A stretch of DNA of 64,000 nt from an uncultured Candidatus Rokubacteria bacterium (GTDB lineage Bacteria > Methylomirabilota > Methylomirabilia > Rokubacteriales > DASRDR01): positions 32,001 through 96,000 of the forward strand of contig CAVPSB010000022.1 in the NCBI GenBank assembly GCA_963708025.1, written 5' to 3'. Positions 10,925 to 21,050 of the stretch are shown here, piece after piece. Below the pieces are notes generated by a model. It was not told where the DNA came from. It did not search any database and worked only from the letters and a program-made list of their open reading frames with translations. Positions within the stretch are counted from its first letter, which is position 1. Each line of letters starts with the position of its first letter. The position numbers and the translations under genes are program-made.

Positions 10925-11787
10925 CCGGCGCTCTCTCGAAGGCCGGTTTGTGTGAGCGCTCGGGCCACGAGGGCCCGGACCATCGCGCGCCGGTAGTCGT
11001 CGCCGCCCCGCACGTCGCTGATGGGCTGGGACGCGGCGGCCGCGGCCTCCGCCGCGCGCCCGACGCGCTCGGGCGTCAACGCCTCGCCCGCGAGCTGGGC
11101 CTCCGCCTCGCGGGCGCGAAACGGGCGGGGCGCCACCGCGCCGAGCGCCACGGCGGCGCTCACGCAGCGCCCGGCCCCGTCCAGCTCGACTCGCGTCGCG
11201 ACGCTCACGACCGCGATGGCGCCCCCGCGCTTGAGGCCGAGCTTGTAGAAGAGCTGCCGGCCCGCCGGGCGAGGCACCTCGACGGCCCGGATCAGCTCAC
11301 CGGGCCCCAGGGCCGTCCGCCGGGGTCCGAGCAGGAACGCGTCGAGGGTGATCACCCGCTCGCCCGCCGCCCCGGTCAGCACGAGGCGGGCGTCGAGGGC
11401 CAGGAGCGGCACCACCAGGTCGGCGCCCGGGCTCGCGTTGGCCAGGTTGCCGCCGAGCGTCGCCTTGTTGCGGGTCAGGAAGTCGGCGAAGTCGTGGGCT
11501 GCCCGGTGGAGCGCCGGGACCCACTCGGCGACGAGAGGGGAGGCCAGCAACTCGCCCACGGTCACCCCGCCACCGATGCGGAGGACGCCGTCGGTGGCCT
11601 CGATGCCGCGAAGATCGGCCAGCTCGGCGACGTCCACGAGCAGCGCGGGCGCCTGCCGCCGTTCCCGGAGGTCCACCAGGAGGTCCGTCCCCCCCGCCAG
11701 GGCCCGCGCGTCGGGGTGCTCCGCCAGGAGCGCCACGGCCTCGCGGAGCGCGGTGGCACGCCGGTACTCGAAGCGCGGCAGCAGCAT
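10925..11787 (-). CDS. FAD-binding medium subunit (CoxM/XdhB-like); 3' end unresolved because no stop occurs before the repeat
   Basis: ALAGGTDLL, RNKATLGGNLANASPGAD, PISDVRGGDDYRR. Confidence 0.9.
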
Positions 11788-11807
11788 GCGCGCCCGACGC
11801 CCCGGCG

Positions 11808-12377
11808 CTACTCGGGGATGACGATCAGGGGTGTCTCGATGTCGCCGTTGGAGAGGATCTGGATCTCTTGCCGCGATTCCGTCCTTCCCTGGGCGTTCTC
11901 CTGCTCGACGGTCACGTGCGTCTCCCGGCTGAAGGCCGGCACGCTGCCGAAGCCCCGCGAGGGCCGGGGGCTCGAGGCCCCGGCGCTACCCGGGAGCTGG
12001 TCCACCGTGATCCGGGTCGTGGGGGCCCCGCCGCTCACGTTGGGAGCCAGGCTGGCCGGCGCCCGGCCGCTGACGTTCGGAGGCGGGCTGGTCGTGGACC
12101 GGTTGATGATCCGGACTTCCTGGGTCACGGCCGGCACGCTGGCGCCGGCCGAGGGCGCGCCGGCCGAGGGCGCGGCGGCCCGGCCGCTGCCGGCGACGCT
12201 CGCGCCCGGCTGCACGACGATCCGCGTGTCCGTGACGGCACCGCCCGCCGCCGGGGCGCGGGGGTTGACGATGATCGGCACCACGACCCGGCCCTGCGCC
12301 AGTGCCTCGCCGGCCCCGGCGACGCCGAGGCCGACGCCGATCGCGAGTGAGACGAACACGGTCATTGCCCTCGTCAT
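11808..12377 (-). CDS. Hypothetical exported low-complexity protein
   Basis: Signal peptide ending ALA-Q, GGAGGAG RBS, ATGA overlap with the moaD stop, high GC3. Confidence 0.7.
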   Translation of the reverse strand: MTRAMTVFVSLAIGVGLGVAGAGEALAQGRVVVPIIVNPRAPAAGGAVTDTRIVVQPGASVAGSGRAAAPSAGAPSAGASVPAVTQEVRIINRSTTSPPPNVSGRAPASLAPNVSGGAPTTRITVDQLPGSAGASSPRPSRGFGSVPAFSRETHVTVEQENAQGRTESRQEIQILSNGDIETPLIVIPE

Positions 12378-12616
12378 GGCGTATCTCCTCCCCCACCCTG
12401 GATGGCGGGAATGAATGTCACCTCGTCTCCGTCGCGCAGCACGGTGCCGTCGGGGGCGGAGGCGCCGTTGACGGCCGCGTGAACCTCGAGGCCGGACACC
12501 CCGAGCCGCTGCATCGCCTGGAACACGGTGGCGCCGCCGGGCAGCTCGAGCCGGATCTCGTCGCCGCCGTTGGGTCCGCAGGCGAGGCCGAAGACGTACT
12601 TCACGGTAACGAGCAT
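12374..12616 (-). CDS. MoaD/ThiS-family sulfur carrier
   Basis: AAVNG...LRDGDEVTFIPAIQGG ubiquitin-like motif. Confidence 0.85.
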   Translation of the reverse strand: MLVTVKYVFGLACGPNGGDEIRLELPGGATVFQAMQRLGVSGLEVHAAVNGASAPDGTVLRDGDEVTFIPAIQGGGGDTP

Positions 12617-12629
12617 CGGCCCGGGCGCG

Positions 12630-13124
12630 CTATCGGCGGCGTCCCGCCCGTCGGGCCGGACGCCGGGCCGACTTGGTCGCCGGCCGGCGCACGGCGGGCC
12701 GGGCCGGTGCGGGCCGCCCGGGCTTCACCGCGATCGCCTCGACCTCGAGGAGCATCCCCGGGCGCGCCAGCGCCTGGACGACCACGCCCGTGTTCGGCGG
12801 GTAGACGCCGTCCGGGAACAGCCGGGCGTACTCGCTCTTCCGCCACTCGCCGAACGGCCCGAAGTCCTCGTGGCGGGTCAGGAACGTCGTGAATTTCACC
12901 ACGTCGCGCCAGCCGCAGCCGGCTTCCCGGAGGATCGCCTCGAGGTTCCGGTAGACCTGGGCGGCCTGGGCGGCGATGTCGCCCTCGCCCACCAGGCGGC
13001 CGGTCGCGTCCATCGCGACCTGCCCGGCCACGAAGACCAGCCGGCCGGCGTCCACGTCGAACCCGGCCGAGTACATCCCGATCGGCTTCCCGTCACCCTT
13101 CGGTGTGATCACCCGTCGCGCCAT
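12630..13124 (-). CDS. Rid (YjgF/YER057c/UK114) family protein with basic C-terminal tail
   Basis: YS...VFVAGQV...NLEAIL...VVK...LLEVEAIA. Confidence 0.9.
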   Translation of the reverse strand: MARRVITPKGDGKPIGMYSAGFDVDAGRLVFVAGQVAMDATGRLVGEGDIAAQAAQVYRNLEAILREAGCGWRDVVKFTTFLTRHEDFGPFGEWRKSEYARLFPDGVYPPNTGVVVQALARPGMLLEVEAIAVKPGRPAPARPAVRRPATKSARRPARRAGRRR

Positions 13125-13158
13125 GCTGAGCCTCCCCCGAGCTGGATGAACCACGACC

Positions 13159-13389
13159 TCAAGTATCGGGTGCGGCGCGCCCGGGAGCAAGGGGGCCGGA
13201 CGGGCGGCATCGCCCCCAGGCGAGGCCGGCATCCCGCAACGCGGCCTGGACGCGTAGCCGCCGGGTCACCGCCTCCGGCGACATGTCCACCTTGGCGGCC
13301 AGCCGGCGGGCGGCCGCCAGATCGCTCCGCTCGCTCATCTCGCGCAGACGGCGGGTGACGGCCTCCGGCGACATCCGATCCGGTCTCAT
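13159..13389 (-). CDS. Small protein with an internal duplicated MSPEAVTRRLR motif
   Basis: ATGA overlap with the upstream nucleotidyltransferase stop; an exact 11-aa repeat encoded with synonymous codon differences. Confidence 0.7.
   Translation of the reverse strand: MRPDRMSPEAVTRRLREMSERSDLAAARRLAAKVDMSPEAVTRRLRVQAALRDAGLAWGRCRPSGPLAPGRAAPDT
13162..13190 (-). promoter_or_regulatory. Sigma70-like promoter for the rid-moaD-hydroxylase operon
   Basis: TTGCTC-N17-GATACT on the minus strand. Confidence 0.45.
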
Positions 13390-13841
13390 CCATCGAGCTC
13401 CTGCAGCCGCCGGATGTCCGCCAGGTCCTGCTCGCGACCCGCCCAGGCCTTCATCTGGATGAGCCCCTCGCGGGACACCACCGAGAACTCGCCGCGCTCG
13501 GTGCGAACGCGCTGCCGGGAGTCCCACACCGGCTCGAGGTTCGGGTTGACCAGGAGCAGATCGAGCGTCACCATGTCGGCCCCGTCGGTCTTCACCACCC
13601 GACGGATCTCCAGGCCGTCGCTGAACGTCATCGGGAGCGCCTCGACGCCGAATCGCTGCGCGCGCGCCACCCCGAGCACCGCGTCGAGGTCCGGCCGGCG
13701 CACCAGCAGATCGATGTCGGTGGTGGCGCGGGTGACGCCGTGGATGGCGAGCGCGATGGCGCCCGCCACCGCGTAGGGGATCTGCCGACGCTCCAGCTCG
13801 CTCAGGAGCCCGGCGGTCTCCTCGAACAGGTCGAGTCCCAC
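13386..13841 (-). CDS. Minimal nucleotidyltransferase (AbiEii/DUF6036-like)
   Basis: YAVAGAIALAIHGVTRATTDIDLL (G...DxD) and C-terminal MKAWAGREQDLADI. Confidence 0.8.
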   Translation of the reverse strand: MGLDLFEETAGLLSELERRQIPYAVAGAIALAIHGVTRATTDIDLLVRRPDLDAVLGVARAQRFGVEALPMTFSDGLEIRRVVKTDGADMVTLDLLLVNPNLEPVWDSRQRVRTERGEFSVVSREGLIQMKAWAGREQDLADIRRLQELDG

Positions 13842-13858
13842 GGCGGCGTCCGTGAAAA

Positions 13859-14641
13859 TCAGACGTCCCAGCCGCCGTCCACCGTGAGGCACTGCCCGGT
13901 CATGTTGCGGGAGTCGTCCGTGCAGAGGAAGCAGACGGCGCCGGCCACGTCCTCGGCCGTCGTGACGCGGCGGAGCGCCATCTCCTGGACGTACTCGGCG
14001 TGGACCTGCTCCGGGGTCCAGCCGCGCTTCCGGGCCTTCTCGCGGCAGAGCCGGTCCATCCGCTCGCCGGCCACGATCCCGGGGGCGACGCAGTTCACGT
14101 TGATCCCGTGGGGCCCGACCTCCAGGGCGACCGTGCGGGTGAAGCCCCGGATCGCCCACTTCGACGACGAGTAGGCCGCCCGGAGCTTGTAGCCGCGGAG
14201 GCCCGAGGTCCCGGCGATGTTGACGATCTTGCCGCGCCGCTGGCGCAGCATCACCGGCACCACGTGCTTGGTCGGCAGGAACGTCCCGCGGAGGTTCACG
14301 GCCAGGACCTCGTCCCAGTCCTCGACCTCGATCTCGTGGACCGGCGTCTCGACCGGCCCGGTGGTCCCCGCGCAGTTCACCAGCACGTCGATCCGCCCGC
14401 CGAGGCCGTCGAGCGCGGCCTCGACCATGGCCCGCACCGAGGCCTCGTCCCGGACGTCGGCCGGCACCACGAGGGCCCGGCGGCCGCCGGCCCGCACCTC
14501 GGCCGCCACCGCCTCCAGCGGCGCCATTTCCCGGGCGGCCAGGACGCAGTCCGCGCCCTCGCCGGCCAGGCGCAGCACGACCGCCCGCCCCATGCCCTTG
14601 GCGGCGCCGGTCACGACCGCGACCTGGTCCCGGAGCTTCAT
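13859..14641 (-). CDS. SDR family oxidoreductase
   Basis: TGAAKGMG, NCAG, YSSSK catalytic motif, VDGG. Confidence 0.95.
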   Translation of the reverse strand: MKLRDQVAVVTGAAKGMGRAVVLRLAGEGADCVLAAREMAPLEAVAAEVRAGGRRALVVPADVRDEASVRAMVEAALDGLGGRIDVLVNCAGTTGPVETPVHEIEVEDWDEVLAVNLRGTFLPTKHVVPVMLRQRRGKIVNIAGTSGLRGYKLRAAYSSSKWAIRGFTRTVALEVGPHGINVNCVAPGIVAGERMDRLCREKARKRGWTPEQVHAEYVQEMALRRVTTAEDVAGAVCFLCTDDSRNMTGQCLTVDGGWDV

Positions 14642-16264
14642 GCCCCCTCTCCCACGTAGCCTTCCAGGCGGTCGCGCGCGGCCAGCTCGGCCGGCCGCTT
14701 CGCCGGATCGCCGTAGCCGCCGCCGCCCGAGGTCTCGATCAGCACCACGTCGCCGGGCTGGAGGGCCACCGTCTCCTTCCCCTTGACGTCGCGCCGGCTC
14801 CCGTCGCGCTCGAGCGTGATCCGGTAGGGCCGGCCGTCGGCCCCGCCGAAGGCGCCCCAGGGCGGGACGACACGGCGCTCCAGCATGGTGGTGAGCGTCG
14901 TCTCGGCCAGGACCCGGTAGGCGCGCGTGAGGCCGCAGCCGCCCCGATACGTCCCGCCGCCACCGCTCCCCGGCCGCAGCGCGTGGTGCAGGATCTCTAT
15001 CGGGTACTCGGTCTCGATCACCTCGGTCGGATGGTTCATGACGTTCGACATGTGGACCCGCATGGCGTGGCCGCCGTCCCGGTGGGCGCCGGCGCCCTCG
15101 CCGCCGCCGTGGACCTCGTAGAGGATGTGCCAGCGGCCCCCGTGCCGGGTGCCGAAGAGGAGAAGACCGGAGGTCGTCGGGCCGCCGGCCGTGATCCGCT
15201 CGGGGATCGCCTGGCCGAGCGCCTTGTAGCAGGCGTCCACCACGCGCTGGGAGGTCTCGTGGTTGCCGCCCACCACGGGCGCCCCGGGCGCCGGGCTCAG
15301 GATGGTGTCCGGCGGGACGGCGATGGCGATCGGACGGTAGCAGCCGTCGTTCCCCGGCACGTCGGGCGCCACCAGCGACTTCAGGCTGTAGTAGACGGCC
15401 GAGGCGGCGACGAACGGCGTCGTGTTGACCGGGCCCTTCACGGTCGCGCCGGTGCCGGCGAAGTCGAACCGCGCGCGTGTCGCCGCGCACCGTCACCGTC
15501 ACCCGGATGGGCACCGGCCGGTCCTCGTGGCCGTCGTCGTCCACCCAGTCCTCGCCCGAGTACACGCCGGACGGGATCGTGCGGATCGCCGCTCGCATCT
15601 GGGCCTCGCCGGCCGCGCGCACGCGGTCGAAGCAGCCGAGCACCGCCGGCGGGCCGTACCGCTCGAACAGCTCCTCGAGTCGCCGGGCTGCCACGTCGAC
15701 GGCCGCGAACTGGGCGTAGCAGTCGCCCTCGCGCTCCTCCCGCCCGCGCACGTTCGACATGATGAGGTCGAAGGCGGGGGTCGGGCCGCGGCGGTCGAAG
15801 ACCTTGATCGGCGCGATGCGGAGCCCCTCCTGAACCGCCTCGGTCGCCCAGGGGACGTAGGAGCCGGGGACGGCGCCGCCGATGTCGGCCCAGTGGGCCA
15901 GGCTGATGGCGAATGCCGCCAGGCGGCCGCCGGCGAAGACCGGGCGGATCGCCTTCACGTCGGGCAGGTGGTTGCCGCCGACCTCGGGCAGGTTCGGTAG
16001 TAGACGTCGCCGGCGCGCAGGTCCCGGCGGCGGATCCGCTGGAGGAACGCCTTGACGGTGAAGGCCATGACGCCGAGGTGGATCGGGATGTCCCGGCCCT
16101 GGGCGATGAGGCGGCCGCGGGAATCGGTCAGCGCGCTGGAGAGGTCGCCGGCCTCCTTGAGGAGCGGCGAGCGCGCCGAGCGCATGACGATCACGCTCAT
16201 CTCCTCGGCGATCGCCAGGACGGCGTGCCGGACGACCTCGAGCGGTGATCGGGCTGATGCTCAT
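14638..16264 (-). CDS. Hydantoinase B/oxoprolinase subunit (frameshifts near 16244, 15996, 15478)
   Basis: ITxEVVRHA..EEM..RSARSP, GGNHLPD, HWADIGGAVPGS, EGLRI, PGSGGGG, GGGGYGDP. Confidence 0.9.
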
Positions 16265-16268
16265 GCCC

Positions 16269-18268
16269 TCACGTCCGCATCTCGATGAGCAGGTTGCCGT
16301 AGCGGTCGAGGGTGCCGGTCTGCCCCGGATAGACGAGGGTCGTGGCCCAGGGATCCTCGACGAGGGCCGGCCCCTTGAGCGGATGCTCGGGCGCCAGGTC
16401 GGCCCGCCGGTACACGGGCAGCGCCACCTCGCCGATCTCGGCGAAGTAGGCGCGCTGCTCGCCCACGGCGGCGACGGGGCCGGTCGACCGGCCACTCGGG
16501 AAAGCGCGCCGCCGCGACGGGCACCGCGGCCCGGACGCGCAGGTTCACGCACTCCATCGCCTCGCCGGTGGCGTAGCCGTAGAGACGCTGGTGCAGGGCC
16601 TGGAAGTCCCGGCGCAGCCCGTCCAGGTCGCCCCGCCACGCGACCTCCAGCTCGTAGTTCTGCCCGAGGTAGCGGACGTCCACGCTCCGGTCGAGCTGGA
16701 TCGCCGGGCCGGCGTGCCCCTCGGCGAGCAGCGGCGCCGTCACCGCGGCGGCCAGCGGGGCGAGGCGGGCCTCCAGGTCGGCCGCCTGGAGCCGCTCGAG
16801 CGGGCAGCGGAAGGTCTGCACGTGGTCGTAGGCCACGTCGGTCACCGCGCAGCCGAGCGCCGAGAAGAGCCCGGCGTGGGCCGGGACGACGACCCGGGGT
16901 ATGCCCAGCTCCTGGGCCAGCCGCCCGCCGTGGAGCGGCCCGGCGCCGCCGTAGGCGATCAGCGTGAACTCCCGGAGGTCGAAGCCGCGCTGCACCGAGA
17001 TCAGCCGGATGGCGCGCCGCATCGCCGCGTTGGCCACCTCCAGCACGCCGGACGCCGCCTCCGCGAGGCCGAGCCCGAGCGCCCGCGCCACCGGGTCCAG
17101 CGCGGCCGCGGCCGGCTCGCGCGCGATGCGGATCGTCTCGCCGAGGAGGGCGTCCGCCCGCAAGGTGCCCGGCGACGACGTGGGCGTCGGTCACGGTCGC
17201 CGCGGTCCCGCCGGCGCCGTAGCAGGCCGGGCCGGGTCGGGCGCCGGCGCTGGCCGGGCCGACGCGAAGGAAGCCGGCGGCGTCCACCTGGGCCAGGGAG
17301 CCGCCGCCGGCCCCGATCGATTCCACCGCCACCGAGGGCAGCCGCATGGGCTGGCCGCCCAGCCGGCGCTGGGGCAGGGTCTGGGCCCGACCGTCGGCGA
17401 TCAGGCACACGTCGGTCGTGGTGCCGCCCATGTCGAAGGCGATCGCGTTGCGGAGGCCGAGGGCGCGCGCCAGGAACCGGGACGCGGCGACGCCGCCGGC
17501 GGGACCGGAGACGGCCATGGCCAGCGGGCGGCGCCGGGCGGCCGCCGTGGACATCATGCCGCCGTTCGACTGCAGGAGGTGCAGCGGGCCGGCGAGGCCG
17601 ATGCCGGCCAGCGAGGTCTCGAGGTCGGCCAGGTAGCGGTCGGCGACCGGCATGACGGCCGCGTTGAGCGCCGTGGTCGAGCTCCGCTCGTACTCGCGGA
17701 ACTCGGCGTTGATCTCGTGGGAGACCGAGACGTAGGGGAGGGCGCCTTCGAGCGCCGCCTTCAGGCGCGCCTCGTGGGCGGGATGGGCGTAGGCGTGGAG
17801 GAGGCAGACCGCCACCGCCTCGACGCCCGCCGCCCGGAGGGCGGCGACGAGCGCGGGCAGCTCGGCCTCGGCCACCGGCACCACGACGCGGCCGTCGCCG
17901 GCCACGCGCTCGGTGACCTCGAAGCTGAGGTGCCGGGGCACCAGCGGCGCCGGTCGCGGCGGGACGTCCAGCCGATAGAGGTCGTCGCGGCTCTGGCGGG
18001 CGATCTCCAGGACGTCGCGGAACCCGCGGGTCGTCACCAGGGCCGTCCGCGCCGTCTTGCCCTCGACGATGGCGTTGGTGACGATGGTCGTCCCGTGGGC
18101 GATCGCGCCCGGCGCCGGGCCCAGGGCCTGCAGCCCGTAGAGGACGGCGCGGGCCGGCGCGTCGGGCGTGGTGAGGACCTTGCGCGACCGGATCACGCCC
18201 GAGTCGGGCTCGATGGCGACGAGGTCGGTGAAGGTGCCCCCGACGTCGACCCCCACGCGGGCCGTCAT
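16269..18268 (-). CDS. Hydantoinase A/oxoprolinase subunit (frameshifts near 17169 and 16488)
   Basis: GVDVGGTFTD, HGTTIVTN, SGPAGG, DMGGTTTD, IGAGGGS, SAGARPGPACYG, YGGAGPLH. Confidence 0.9.
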
Positions 18269-18322
18269 GTGAGATCTCGACGAACGCCGCTCATCGGGGC
18301 CGGGCCCGGATCCCAGCCCCGG

Positions 18323-18420
18323 CCAAAGGCCGAAGGCCATCCGATCGACGCAGGGAGGAGGCGGGCCGAGGCGTATGCCGCATACGTCCATCTGGTCGCG
18401 ACGCCTCGGGCCTGCGGCCC
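18323..18420. repeat. Type B repeat (CGTA..TACG palindrome plus hairpin module)
   Basis: Reverse complement ACGTATGCGGCATACGCCT..CCCTGCGTCGATCGGATGGCCTTCGGCCT aligns with 47047-47117. Confidence 0.65.
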
Positions 18421-18532
18421 TCGGGACGTCGCTCCCTTCTGGGAGGCCCGCCGACGACCCCAGAGGCCGGGACGTCCGCGGCCCGGCCGAGATGAACGGA
18501 CGACCCGGGGCGAAGGGGACTGGCCCGGCCCC

Positions 18533-19802
18533 TCACTTGCGCTCGGACCACTTCGGGATCGGATAGACCACGTCGCGCGTGGCCATCTCGAACGGCCACA
18601 CGGTGTGGTACTTGCCGCCCTGGAGCTGCATGATGATCGCGCGGACACCGGTGTTCTGGCCGGTCTCGTCGAACTTGACGCCCGTCCACGGCACGATGAG
18701 GTCGGCCGGCTTGACGTCGGTGGCGGCCAGCGCCTTCCGGATCGCCTCGGGCTCGGTGGAGCCGGCCCGGTTGATCGCGTCCACCAGGGTCACGATTCCG
18801 GTGAAGGCCTGCGCCGGCAGGTCGTAGAGGTCCTTGCTCGAGCGCGCCTTGTACGGCCCGTTGAGCGCCTTCGCCACCGGGTTCTGGTCGATCCGATCGG
18901 AGGGAAAGGGCGACCGCGACATGTAGCCGTCCGAGTCCTTCCCGGTCTGCTCGACGAACTTCGGGTCGATGTGCCCCGCGTTCTGGGCCAGGATCATCTT
19001 GGGGTTCCAGTCCAGCTCCTTCGCCGTCCGGTTGAAGAGGACGGCGTCCGACTGGTACGAGATCGGAAGCCAGACGTCCGGGTTGGCCGCCTTCAGCTTC
19101 TGCACCTCGGCAGTCAGCGTGGTGCTGTTCGCCCGGTACGGGAAGTCGGCCACGACCTTGTAGCCGTACTTCGCGGCCAGCGTCCGCTGGACCTTGGCCG
19201 AATCGGTCCCGAACAGCGTGTCCTCGTTGGTGATCGCGATGCTCTCCAGCTTCACGCCCTTCTTCTTCTGGAAGTCGGCGATGAAGTCGAACATGGCCTG
19301 GCTGAAGTGCTCGTCGTGGGGCGAGGTGCGGAAGAACCACTTGAAGCCGCGGCGGGTGAGCCCCGGCGCGGCGGACTCGGCGGTCAGGAACGGGACGGCG
19401 AAGCGCTCGGCGACCTGACTGGTCGTTGCGGTCACGCTCGACTGCCAGGAGCCGATCAGGGCGTGGACCTTCTCCTGGGTGATCAGCCGCTCGGCCTCCG
19501 ACTGCCCGAGGTCCGGCTTGCCCTGGTGGTCAACGAAGATCAGCCGCAGCCGGGCGCCGCCCCCCACGCCCTTGAGCCCCTTGAGGCTCTGGTAGAAGGC
19601 GCCGGGCAGCATCGCCTCCTTGCCGTTCACCATGTCGGCGAACAGCTCGAAGACGTGCTTCGCGTCGATCCCGGCCGAGGCGGTCGGGCCCGCTCAGCGG
19701 GTAGAGAAGGCCGACCACGACCTCCTTCGGCTGAGCGGCGGCCGGGACGGCGGTCAGGGCGAGGACGGCGAGCGCCAGGGCGAGCGGCCGGGGCATGCGC
19801 AT
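18533..19802 (-). CDS. Branched-chain amino acid-type ABC substrate-binding protein (frameshift near 19690)
   Basis: Signal peptide, VVVGLLYPLSGP, IGSWQSSVT, WFFRTSP; GGAGGAG RBS. Confidence 0.9.
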
Positions 19803-19951
19803 GGCTCCTCCTCGCACAGTGTGACCTCCGCTCAAAGCGCCCTCGGACGCGGACATACTGACGATCGCCAGGACCGCCAGATCCTATGATGATCGCCATG
19901 GTCAATCGGACGGCTGGATGGTGCGAACCTATCAGTCGAAATGTACCGGGG

Positions 19952-20980
19952 TCAAGGGCCCCCGCACCGGACGGCGGGGATCACCCCGGCCGCGAAGGCG
20001 CGGACGGTGGGCCGCCAGTCTTCGAGGGACGGAGGCCGGATCGCGATCTCGTCGAACCCGAGGTCGCCGACGGCGCGGAGCCCGGCGACGACGTCGGCCG
20101 GGGTGCCGCCGAGCGCGAAGGCGTCCACGTAGTCGTCCGGCAGGAAGTCGGCGTCGCGCACAGCCTGGGCCCACTGGTCGGAATGGACGAGGTCGTAGCG
20201 GGCGTAGTCCGCCTGGAAGCGGCCGAGCACCTCCCGCAGCGACGGATCGAGCGGCAGCCCGGCCATCGAGCAGAGCCCGGGGAAGTGCTGGCAGAACCAC
20301 GAGACGCTGGGCTTGAGCCGCCGCCGGGCCGTCGCCCGATCGCCGGCGATGACGCAGAAGAAGAAGGCGACGACGGCCAGGTCCGAGGTCTTCCGGCCCG
20401 CCGCCCGCGCCCCGGCCTCGAGGCGCTCGCGCGCCGCCTCGAGCACGGCCGGGCGCGCCCCGACGTTCAGGACGACGCCGTCGGCCACGCGGCCGGCCAG
20501 CTCGGCGGCCTTGAGGCCGGTCGCGACCACGTACACGGGCGGCGGCGCCAAGCCGGCGAACCGGATGCCGAAGCGGCCGCCGGCGTAGTCGACGGCCCGG
20601 CCGGCGAGCAGCTCGCGCAGCTCCACGACGGCGCGCTCGAGGTCGGCGAGCCGCGCGGGGCTCGCGCCGACCCGGCGGACGGCGGAATCGCCGGTGGCGA
20701 TCCCGAGCCGCGCGCGGCCACCCGAGACCTCGTGCGTGGTCAGGATCGCGTTGGCGGTGACGGCCGGGTGGCGGGTCAGCGGGTTGGTGGCCAGCGTGCC
20801 GAGGTGGACCCGGCGCGTCTCGCGCGCGAGGAGCGCGAGCGTCGCGTAGGGGTCGCGGTAGAGCATCGGCGAGTCCGGCACCCACAGGGTGTCGAAGCCG
20901 CCCGCCTCCGCCTCGGCCCCGAGCCGCACCTGCTCCTCGACCGGGGCGTAGAGGGCGCCGAACGAGACGCCGAAGCGCAT
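19952..20980 (-). CDS. LLM-class (luciferase-like/Mer-like) flavin-dependent oxidoreductase
   Basis: GFDTLWVPDS, TNPLTRHPAVTA, GRARLGIATGD, AGRVADGV. Confidence 0.9.
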   Translation of the reverse strand: MRFGVSFGALYAPVEEQVRLGAEAEAGGFDTLWVPDSPMLYRDPYATLALLARETRRVHLGTLATNPLTRHPAVTANAILTTHEVSGGRARLGIATGDSAVRRVGASPARLADLERAVVELRELLAGRAVDYAGGRFGIRFAGLAPPPVYVVATGLKAAELAGRVADGVVLNVGARPAVLEAARERLEAGARAAGRKTSDLAVVAFFFCVIAGDRATARRRLKPSVSWFCQHFPGLCSMAGLPLDPSLREVLGRFQADYARYDLVHSDQWAQAVRDADFLPDDYVDAFALGGTPADVVAGLRAVGDLGFDEIAIRPPSLEDWRPTVRAFAAGVIPAVRCGGP

Positions 20981-20987
20981 GGACCTC

Positions 20988-21022
20988 CTCACCCTGACCC
21001 TCTCCCCCGGCGGGGGAGAGGG
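20988..21022 (+). repeat. Type D REP-like palindrome
   Basis: CTCACCCTGACCCTCTCCCCCGGCGGGGGAGAGGG; a related copy occurs at 54378-54416 in the opposite orientation. Confidence 0.7.
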
Positions 21023-21050
21023 AAAGGAAGGTCAGCCGTCACACCGGTCC

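Noticed and set aside
8014-11787. 1257-aa ORF as a genuine FAD-molybdopterin fusion protein
   Set aside because: Its middle is an off-frame reading of the 2Fe-2S gene, and the large subunit has its own coupled ATG at 10329.
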